From assembly GCA_039033415.1 (NCBI GenBank), contig JBCCCR010000007.1, positions 61,262 to 125,261 on the forward strand: a DNA stretch of 64,000 nt, given 5' to 3'. Position 1 is the first letter of the stretch. Each line of letters begins with the position of its first letter. Positions 10,119-17,963 of this stretch are shown in pieces. Source of the stretch: Pseudomonadota bacterium (GTDB taxonomy: Bacteria; Pseudomonadota; Gammaproteobacteria; Xanthomonadales; SZUA-38). Both the position numbers and the translations under genes were made by a program. The notes under the pieces were generated by a model that worked only from the letters and a program-made list of their open reading frames with translations, made no database searches and had not been told where the DNA came from.

Positions 10119-12047
10119 TCAGTGACGAATTTGAGCCGCGGCAGAATCCTGAGGGCCCTTTGCGCCGGAGGCTGGGAGCTGATACTGACGCAGGATCTTC
10201 TGAAAATCTGGACGGTCGCGCAGCGAATCAAACTGGGGGCTGATGCGGAACATCGGAAACGCTTCTCCGCGCAGTGATACCGCCAGGCGCAGCGCATTCA
10301 TCGCCTCGTCCGCGCGGCCCAGAGCGCTCAATGCCTCTGCCAACAGACAGGCGCTGGCCGCAAAGGTAGGTCCTTCCCCAGCCTGAAGTCGATTGACCTG
10401 AAACTCCCAAAAAATATCACCCCGATCACGCTCAATGCCACTGACCATCCTGGAATACTTCTCCGCTGACACTCGCTCCTTATATCGCTGTAGGCGCAAC
10501 AGCAGCGCACGTTTGCTATCGCCACTGCGCTGCTGTGCAAACGACCAATACCAATAGAACCAGTCAAACCCTGGACCCTTGTCCTCCAGTGTCTCCATGG
10601 TCGCATTAGCGCTGCCGTATTCACCCGCAGCGGTTTGAACCATGCCTTTGATTCCCAGAAGCAGTGGACTGGCGGGACGCAGCGAAAGCCCGGCTTCAAT
10701 CGTCTGCAGCGCCTGGGAGTGTCGTCCCAGAATGCTTTGAATTTCCGCGAGGTACTGATGTGCATCAACAGCGCTGGGCGAAGCGTCTATCGCGGCCTGA
10801 AAAAGCTTGCCCGCACGTTCAAAATCCCAGTCACGCTGGAAAGCAATTTCGCCTTGAGCCGTCAGGGCCCAAGGGTTTTCAGGGTCCAGCGCGATGGCGT
10901 CCCGTGCCGCGTCCGCAGCGGCTTTGTAACCTCGCTCGCGATCCTCATAACCGTAGCTAACGCGGGCCAGGTGGCTGAGCGCCAGCCCGGCATAAGCGTC
11001 AGCGAAACCCGTGTCGATCCGCACCGCTTTTTCGAAGAGCTGCTGTCCCTGCACAAGACTTTCTGGAGTGCGCTGGCGCCAAAACCACAGTGCTCTGAGA
11101 TACGATTCAAAAGCCTCGGCATTGATCATCGCGTCCTGTTCGCGCGACTCCCAACGCGCCAGACCGGCACGGGTCAGTGACGCCAGATCCCGGATCATCT
11201 GCTGTCGCGTGATGAAGGTCTGCGACTGATCGATTCTGTATTCTGATGACCAGATCAGTTCTTTTGTGGCGATCCTCAGCAGCCTGAGTTCAATCGACAT
11301 CTTGTCGACCTGGCGGTAGAGCCGACCGCTGAGCACCGCGTCTGCACCGGCTTGACCGGCAGCCGTTGCGACCCCCTGCCCGATCTCTTCCTGGGATAAC
11401 AGATAAATCCGAGGAGACTCGAGCCGCGCCAGCTGCGCGGCCACATCGAAATGCAGGCCAGCCAGCGGTTGCTCGGGGCCATCCTCAATCGGTAGTTCAA
11501 AGGGCGCTACCGCCATTGACCTCAGCCCCTGTAGCGGGTGGGCTTGGAGCGCCGGCCCCGCGCTGTCAGGCGACTCGAAAAGAATCCAGCCAGCAAGCGT
11601 TACCGCCAGCATCACCGCAGCGGCCCAGGGCCAGCGTCTGCGTGAAAGGCGATTGGCCGTCTGAATGTTTGGCGCCTCAGGTTGGGCTGTTTCAAGCGCC
11701 TCCACCGGGGCAATAAAGCGGTAACCACGCCGAGGAACGGTTTGAATATATTCGCTGTTTTCTCGCGAATCGCGGAGCGCGGTGCGCAGCAGCGAGATGG
11801 CCCGTGTGACTACGGAATCAGAGAAGTGCTCGCTTCCCCATACCTCGTCCAGCAGCGTGTCTTTGCTGACGGTGCCCCCTGGATGTCGACAGAAATACTC
11901 CAGCAGCGCCATGGTGCGAGGCTCGAGCGTCACCTCCTCGCTGGACCCGTAGAGGCGAAGTGCCTGAACGTCCACCCGCCAGGAACGGATTTGATACTGC
12001 TTTGTCAACGAAAGGAGCCGGGGCCGGATCTGCTGGATGACCCACAA
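10119..12047 (-). CDS. Membrane-anchored winged-helix (OmpR/CadC-type) transcriptional regulator with periplasmic TPR domain
   Basis: N-terminal trans_reg_C-like segment (LEPRTMALLEYFCRH...IQTVPRRGYRF), one TM helix (WPWAAAVMLAVTLAGWILF), then about 450 aa of TPR-like repeats. TTG start with GAGGT 6 nt upstream. Confidence 0.75.
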   Translation of the reverse strand: MWVIQQIRPRLLSLTKQYQIRSWRVDVQALRLYGSSEEVTLEPRTMALLEYFCRHPGGTVSKDTLLDEVWGSEHFSDSVVTRAISLLRTALRDSRENSEYIQTVPRRGYRFIAPVEALETAQPEAPNIQTANRLSRRRWPWAAAVMLAVTLAGWILFESPDSAGPALQAHPLQGLRSMAVAPFELPIEDGPEQPLAGLHFDVAAQLARLESPRIYLLSQEEIGQGVATAAGQAGADAVLSGRLYRQVDKMSIELRLLRIATKELIWSSEYRIDQSQTFITRQQMIRDLASLTRAGLARWESREQDAMINAEAFESYLRALWFWRQRTPESLVQGQQLFEKAVRIDTGFADAYAGLALSHLARVSYGYEDRERGYKAAADAARDAIALDPENPWALTAQGEIAFQRDWDFERAGKLFQAAIDASPSAVDAHQYLAEIQSILGRHSQALQTIEAGLSLRPASPLLLGIKGMVQTAAGEYGSANATMETLEDKGPGFDWFYWYWSFAQQRSGDSKRALLLRLQRYKERVSAEKYSRMVSGIERDRGDIFWEFQVNRLQAGEGPTFAASACLLAEALSALGRADEAMNALRLAVSLRGEAFPMFRISPQFDSLRDRPDFQKILRQYQLPASGAKGPQDSAAAQIRH

Positions 12048-12133
12048 GTTTACCTCGCCCGAGACGCCATTCCATTAGCCGATCCACAGTTCGGTGTCCT
12101 CAGCAACACCGGCAAGGTGTCAACCTCCGCTCG

Positions 12134-12310
12134 CTACCAGGGCATGCAGCACTCGGTTTTGGCCGGTTCTTCACCGGATTGAATCACTTCGGAGCCAACG
12201 GCCGCTCTTTCTTGCGGGCGCTCCGCAGGCACCGACCCTTCAGCCTGACCCGCGAGCTCGCTGGCCATCCAAAGCCCAAAGGTGAGGACGAACAGACGTA
12301 ATAACTTCAT
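12134..12310 (-). CDS. Candidate small secreted peptide (58 aa, not in the supplied ORF track)
   Basis: My own translation: MKLLRLFVLTFGLWMASELAGQA/EGSVPAERPQERAAVGSEVIQSGEEPAKTECCMPW. It has a Sec-type signal with an A-x-A-like site, weak GGGA upstream, and GC3 roughly two thirds. It sits 86 nt upstream of the CadC-like regulator on the same strand. Confidence 0.35.
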   Translation of the reverse strand: MKLLRLFVLTFGLWMASELAGQAEGSVPAERPQERAAVGSEVIQSGEEPAKTECCMPW

Positions 12311-12503
12311 TCCCGGAGCCTGGAATAGCCAGGCCCAGGAGTCCTTATCGATTTCTTACGGTCGCTTACGGCGCATATTCCGGGTGTCTTTCAGCGCCGA
12401 CCCGCGGGACGCGACAATCCGGTTACCCTGGCAGTTCACCAGCCGCTCGCTTAGGCTGCAGGCTTTCGCACACTCCGCGGGATGAGTGATTGAGGTCGAA
12501 GCC

Positions 12504-13412
12504 ATGCGTATCGCCGTAACGGGAACCAGCGGCCGAATCGGACGGGCGATTCATTTCTGCCTGAGCAGCGACCATGAGGTGATCGGTATCGATCGCGCGC
12601 TGTCGTCAGCAACCTCGGTGGTCGGCGATATCCATGACGTCGGGCTGCTCGAACGCTCCTTCGAGGGCGCCCAGGCCGTGGTGCACACCGCCGCCCTGCA
12701 CGCGCCGCACGTCGGCATTGTGCCGGACGAGGATTTCCTTTTGACTAACATTGAAGGAACCAGGAACGTAGTTAGGGCGGCGAAACGCGCTGGCGTTGAG
12801 ACGCTGGTTTTTACCAGCACAACCGCGCTTTACGGCCACGCGGTGGACGAAGATCTGAAACGAGCCGCATGGATCGACGAAGCGACGCACCCGCTACCCA
12901 AGTCGATCTACCACCGAACCAAGCTGACGGCGGAGTCCTACCTCGCCTCGGAGGCCAGCGACCGGTTTCGAATCACCACGCTACGCATGTCGCGATGTTT
13001 TCCCGAACCCGCGCCCCTCATGGCGGCCTATCGACTTCACCGCGGCGTCGACGCGCGGGACGTCGCTGATGGGCACCGACTGGCGATCATAAAGCCCGGC
13101 AAACCATATCGAACCTTTATCCTCTCCGGCAGAACACCCTTCGAGCCGGCGGATGGTGAAGGGCTCCGTTCCGACGCGCCGACCATCCTGCGACAGCGGT
13201 GCCCGGAGCTCGGTGACGCCTTCGACAAGCGGGGCTGGTCCCTGCCCGCGTCGATCGACAGGGTTTACGATTCCACGCAGGCGCAGAACGAACTCCGCTG
13301 GCAACCACGCTATGGGTTTGATTCGGTCCTGTCGCTGCTGGACAGCCAGATCTGCGAGGTTCTGCCGCCACGCGCGGCGGAGTCCTGGAGCCTGACGCAG
13401 GCCCAGGAATAG
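12504..13412 (+). CDS. NAD-dependent epimerase/dehydratase (extended SDR)
   Basis: N-terminal Rossmann motif MRIAVTGTSGRIGRAI and YxxxK (YHRTK). The ATG at 12504 has GAGG upstream; the track ORF begins at 12486. Confidence 0.8.
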   Translation: MRIAVTGTSGRIGRAIHFCLSSDHEVIGIDRALSSATSVVGDIHDVGLLERSFEGAQAVVHTAALHAPHVGIVPDEDFLLTNIEGTRNVVRAAKRAGVETLVFTSTTALYGHAVDEDLKRAAWIDEATHPLPKSIYHRTKLTAESYLASEASDRFRITTLRMSRCFPEPAPLMAAYRLHRGVDARDVADGHRLAIIKPGKPYRTFILSGRTPFEPADGEGLRSDAPTILRQRCPELGDAFDKRGWSLPASIDRVYDSTQAQNELRWQPRYGFDSVLSLLDSQICEVLPPRAAESWSLTQAQE

Positions 13413-13422
13413 GCGAAGCCGG

Positions 13423-16400
13423 TTATTCGAATCCGTTGATGAAGATCAACGCCGGCGGTCCGCTGGCGCCCAGATTGATCTGGCGCTGGGTTTCTACCCA
13501 GGTGCCGGTCAAGGTGTCATGCGCCCGCACCGTAATCACCTGCCAGCCCTGTTCCACACCCTGAGCGCTCACGTCCGCGGACCAGCTGTCCGTGCCGCTG
13601 GCGGCCACAAAGTGGCCGTTCGCCAGCGCGACATCGACCCGATCCACGGCCCCGCTGGCGGTTCCCGTGACGCTGACGGTTCCGCTGACTCCAAAATCAG
13701 CACCAGGCGTGCTGATCTGCACAGTCAGCGGGTTATCCGGGCGCGCATCCAGCTGGCGAAGGAAAGCCAGCAGGTCGCTGAAATCGCCGCCGCTCAGGTC
13801 GGCGACCCGGCTGTGAGGCGTCGACCGGCTGACCTGACTGGCCGTGTCGCTGACTCGGATCTCGTCCAGGCCAAACGATCCGCCGTTGTCATACCGAACC
13901 CTGACCGTGTTGCTGCCGCCGCTGAGCTGGATCGGGAGGCTCATTTCTCCCCACTGACGAAACATCCAGTCGTTGGCCAGGGTGCGCGGCGCCTGCACCG
14001 ACTGGTTGGAACCATTGATCGTGAGGGTGAGATTGGCGTCGCCGTAGTTGGCGTGATACCGCATGGTGAGGGTTGCGTCCGTCGCACCCCCAACATTCAC
14101 ATCGAAGGTCACCGCCGATCCGTCATCCATGTTGACGTACTCACCGCCGCGGAGCACCGCCAGGTCATCCACCGCCCAGTGCGATTGAAAGCGGATGTCG
14201 GTGCTGCCGCTCAAACTACCCTGCTCCGCCTGCCAGGCCCGATCGCCGGTCGACAGCAGCGCCAGCTCGAGCGTCGGCTGAGAGCCATCGTGGAGGTAAG
14301 ACGGGGTGTCCCAGATTCCGTTGAGGGTGGGCACGTCAATGCCCGCCAGGTTGCCGCCCAGACGTCCACCCGAATCGGTGCCGGTAGTGCCCAGGTCTTC
14401 CAACGCCAACGTGAGGTCGGTCCGCTGCACCCGCTCGGCACCGCTGTGGCAGTTGGCGCAGCCCTGGCTGGCGAAGATGTCGCGCCCGCGCTGAGCCGCC
14501 GAGGTCAGCCCGCCGTCGCTGCGGCGTTGTGGCGATCGGGGCACGGTCTGGGGGGTCAGCGAGGCAACGTACGCGGCCAGCTGGTCAAGCTCCGCATTTA
14601 ACCCGGCTTTGGGTGTGCCGAGGGTATTGCTGGTCTGATTGAACTGCGGTTCGGTGAGAAAGCCCGTGCCGCCAAACGCGCCACGAATATCGTTTTCAAA
14701 GTCCTGGATTTCGTCAAAGTTGGCGCTCCAGTGCACCAGACCATGACCGGTACCGCTTCGTCCCCGCAGGTCGGTGGTGTTGCGCACACCCTCGCCGCGG
14801 CCGCTAAAGTCCCACGAACGGCCGTCGTGGCCGCCGTCGATATGGCAGGTTGCGCAGGTCATATAGCCTTCGCCGCTCATGCGCTCATCAGCGGCGTTGT
14901 AGAAAATTTCTTTGCCCTGCTTCACGTCGACCGTCAGCGCCTCCCGGCCCACCAGATCCCGGGTAGAACTGCTGAAAGACGTGCTCCCGGTGCTCAGCAA
15001 GCTGCCCACATTGACCCGGCTGACCTGACGGTCCAGGAAGTTATGGCTCAGCAGTATGTCTGTGCCTGGCTCCAGCAGCAGGGACTGTGGCGCCAGGCCC
15101 ACCCCGATACGGGAGATCACGCTGGATACGCCGGTAAAGCCAGCGTCGATCATCAGCGTATCCATCACCAACACCACGTTACTGCCCTGCAGACTGACCC
15201 AAGCGTAGTCACCCTGCGGTGAGAACTCGATGTCGCTGGGCTGCTCGCTGTTGTCGAGGTCGCGCCGCAGCTCCTCCAGTTCGGTGCCACTCGCCAGATC
15301 GATCTGCGCCACCATGGCCCGCACCGTATTGTCCTGATCGAGATCTTCGCCGCTCAGGTAAACCCCACGGGTGGTGTTGTCCTTCTTCGCCGCCACCCAG
15401 GCCCGGCTGCCGTCGGGGGTGATGCTGACCGAGGCCAGATAGTTGGGCACACCTCGACCGTCAAAACGTTCGTCAGGCCCCCACTGCTGAGCCAGCGTGA
15501 TCGTTCGGTCCAGATTCAGGCCGTTAGCCGACACGGAGACATCCCAGATTTCCGCCCGGTCTTCGGGCGATATAAATCGGGTGACCAGCGCCCGATTTCC
15601 GCCGTCCGCTAACGCGATGACTCGAGCTGTAGGGCCCAGCGCCAGGCGGTCCAGCTCCGTGACCCCGGCCGCGTCAAAGAGAGCCAGCTCGCCGCTGCCG
15701 TACAGGGACACCAGCATACGGTTGTTCTGAGACCGCGCGACCACCCCGAAAGGCGCCGAGCCATAGCCGGTGTCGACGGTGGCGACACGCCGGCCGTCAC
15801 TCTCCAACACAATCAGCTGATCGGCATCAAAACAGCTGATCCAGGCGCGACCCGCTGCGTCGAACGCAACGCTTCGCGGGTCAGCGCAGGTGCGGTATTC
15901 AGCAACCCGCTGATGATTGCCGTCTCGAAGAACCGCGACGGTGCTGTTGTCCGGATTGATCACCCAGATCCGACCGTCGGGGGCCCGTGCGAGATGGCGC
16001 GACCGTCGATGGTCACCCGGCGTGATGTTGTTGAGGACCGCGACGCCCGTTGTTCCGGTTGCTACGGCAGACTGGGCATCACGTACCTGAACCGAGATGC
16101 CAAAGTGACCAACCTCCGCATAGCTGTGGCTGGCCTGGGCGGCCGACCCCCAGTCGGTGGGGGTCGAGCCATCACCGAAGTCGAATCGGTATTCCAGCGA
16201 TCCACCGTCGGGATCGACGGCAGACACGTTGACCTGCAGTGAGGTGCCAGGCGATACGGGTGATGAGCTGGTACTGACGCTGTTGATCACCGGACGGGCG
16301 TTTCCGCTTAGGGCACTGCCGGTCGAGAAGGTGAAAGAGTAGCCCTGCATGCCGTTGCCCACCGCATCTTCGATGCCATCGTCGACCAGGGTGACCTGGT

Positions 16401-17775
16401 ACGTGGTGTTATCAGCCAGCGGCTGTTCAGGAACAATCGACAGGATGTCGTTCGACGAGAACCACAGCTCCGTCGCCAGCGGCGAGCCAAGGCTTCCACC
16501 GTTGACCGGCTGGAGAAGGACGGTTGAGCTGTTGATGGTTTCTGACTTCAGCGTCTCGTGGATCAGCACCTGAATCGGAAAGTCGGTTGGATAGCCGGTC
16601 TCGCCGTCAGCCGGCCGGTGGTAGCCGACGAACGGACCACGGTTGTCCGGGGTCTCCTGATGAACCCAGATCGACATGCCGGTGCCACAGTGGTTTCCAC
16701 CCCCGGGCACCGAACAGGTACCGTTGATATAGATTCCGCCGGTGACCACCAGGTTGCCAACAGGGAGCTGCCACTGGCTGGTGTCGATGCGTTCGCCGCT
16801 GCGATTGTTGGCCTCCTCGTCGAGTTCCAGCACCACGTCGAAGGTACGCATATCGATTTTGTAGCGCTCGCTGAACGCAAACTCATCCTGGAACTGGGCG
16901 TAGTTCAGATTGCCGGCGAGCGGTACCGAGGCCACCAGCTGGAGGTCGGTGGGATCGGTGGCGTCGACCACCTGGAAGCCACCGACCGGGTTGTCGTGCG
17001 GGAAAAAGAAATAGAGCCGGCCGTTCAGCCCAAACGGGTCAGGCCAGTATCCGCCGACGCTGTTCTGGGTGAGGACGTCCAGCAGCACCGGGTTGGAGGG
17101 GTCGGAAATATCGTACGAAGCGATGCCAGATCGGCTTTGATCCGAGGCGTAGTAAAGCGTGGTGCCAAAGATAAATGGGTGCCCGATGACGCCGGTCTGC
17201 CCGACCGGGTCGAAGACGGCATTCGGCGTAGCGCCATAGGGTAGGTCCAGATACAGCTCTGCCGGCTCGTCGGTTTCGCCATAGGACCAGTAGTTGGTCG
17301 CGCCCCACGGGACGCTCATGCCCCCATGGGTCCAGCCGAGCATCCGAAAGTTCACGTTGTTTGTTTCGACCGGCGTGTTGCCGTCTACTCGAAATGCCCG
17401 CCCTGAGCTGAGAACGTCGCCGGTCTTGATAAACCCGTGGGCCATGAAGCCGTGGCGGGTCACCAGTGAATCGCCGTCGTTGTCACCCGTGAGCGGCGTG
17501 ATCGACACGCGGCTAGGATTGGCGGGATCCGAGAGGTCCCAAGCGCGCACAATCCAGTCGCCCGGGGGGCCGCCAGGAATCTCAGGGAGGGTAAAAAGAT
17601 AGTCGCCGTGCCAGGCGATCACCGCCAGGCGACCCATCTCCGGAGCCACAGGACCTGCCAGCAACACGCCGGCCTGCCCAGGTCTCGAAATATTCGGGAC
17701 CCCTTGCGACCAAGCTGGGGACAAGCAGCAAAGCTGCAGCGCAAGCAGCGGGACCAGAAAACGAGACTTTTTCAT
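13423..17775 (-). CDS. 1450-aa secreted multidomain protein: LVIVD-like propeller, Ig-like, PKD, second beta-propeller, di-heme cytochrome c peroxidase/MauG-like module, CBM6/35-like module, Ig-like tail
   Basis: Signal peptide MKKSRFLVPLLALQLCCLSPAWSQG. Repeats of the type YDISDPSNPVLL and VVDATDPTDLQLV. PKD signature DPDGGSLEYRFDFGDGS. Two CxxCH motifs (CATCH at 14842-14856, CANCH at 14446-14460) plus PSYLHDGSQPTLE typical of bacterial CCP/MauG. CBM-like block ending FGLDEIRV. Confidence 0.85.
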   Translation of the reverse strand: MKKSRFLVPLLALQLCCLSPAWSQGVPNISRPGQAGVLLAGPVAPEMGRLAVIAWHGDYLFTLPEIPGGPPGDWIVRAWDLSDPANPSRVSITPLTGDNDGDSLVTRHGFMAHGFIKTGDVLSSGRAFRVDGNTPVETNNVNFRMLGWTHGGMSVPWGATNYWSYGETDEPAELYLDLPYGATPNAVFDPVGQTGVIGHPFIFGTTLYYASDQSRSGIASYDISDPSNPVLLDVLTQNSVGGYWPDPFGLNGRLYFFFPHDNPVGGFQVVDATDPTDLQLVASVPLAGNLNYAQFQDEFAFSERYKIDMRTFDVVLELDEEANNRSGERIDTSQWQLPVGNLVVTGGIYINGTCSVPGGGNHCGTGMSIWVHQETPDNRGPFVGYHRPADGETGYPTDFPIQVLIHETLKSETINSSTVLLQPVNGGSLGSPLATELWFSSNDILSIVPEQPLADNTTYQVTLVDDGIEDAVGNGMQGYSFTFSTGSALSGNARPVINSVSTSSSPVSPGTSLQVNVSAVDPDGGSLEYRFDFGDGSTPTDWGSAAQASHSYAEVGHFGISVQVRDAQSAVATGTTGVAVLNNITPGDHRRSRHLARAPDGRIWVINPDNSTVAVLRDGNHQRVAEYRTCADPRSVAFDAAGRAWISCFDADQLIVLESDGRRVATVDTGYGSAPFGVVARSQNNRMLVSLYGSGELALFDAAGVTELDRLALGPTARVIALADGGNRALVTRFISPEDRAEIWDVSVSANGLNLDRTITLAQQWGPDERFDGRGVPNYLASVSITPDGSRAWVAAKKDNTTRGVYLSGEDLDQDNTVRAMVAQIDLASGTELEELRRDLDNSEQPSDIEFSPQGDYAWVSLQGSNVVLVMDTLMIDAGFTGVSSVISRIGVGLAPQSLLLEPGTDILLSHNFLDRQVSRVNVGSLLSTGSTSFSSSTRDLVGREALTVDVKQGKEIFYNAADERMSGEGYMTCATCHIDGGHDGRSWDFSGRGEGVRNTTDLRGRSGTGHGLVHWSANFDEIQDFENDIRGAFGGTGFLTEPQFNQTSNTLGTPKAGLNAELDQLAAYVASLTPQTVPRSPQRRSDGGLTSAAQRGRDIFASQGCANCHSGAERVQRTDLTLALEDLGTTGTDSGGRLGGNLAGIDVPTLNGIWDTPSYLHDGSQPTLELALLSTGDRAWQAEQGSLSGSTDIRFQSHWAVDDLAVLRGGEYVNMDDGSAVTFDVNVGGATDATLTMRYHANYGDANLTLTINGSNQSVQAPRTLANDWMFRQWGEMSLPIQLSGGSNTVRVRYDNGGSFGLDEIRVSDTASQVSRSTPHSRVADLSGGDFSDLLAFLRQLDARPDNPLTVQISTPGADFGVSGTVSVTGTASGAVDRVDVALANGHFVAASGTDSWSADVSAQGVEQGWQVITVRAHDTLTGTWVETQRQINLGASGPPALIFINGFE

Positions 17776-17963
17776 CCCGTAAACCTAGCAAAAACGCTTG
17801 TTTAGAAGTGTGACCCAGGTCGAGGCCTGTTGGGTCCTTTAGCTGTATCAAATCGCCCTAGCCTTTGGATTTGACGGGGTTCGGGCTGACGAAACCAGAC
17901 ACCGGGTCAGAACCGCCAATTTGCGCTTCAGCTCACCCAGCAACGGCAAGACCTCTCAGCCGC

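Noticed and set aside
13519-14601. 360-aa ORF (and several others up to 17244) antisense to the 1450-aa secreted protein gene
   Set aside because: These are shadow ORFs inside a long gene with clear domain content on the minus strand.
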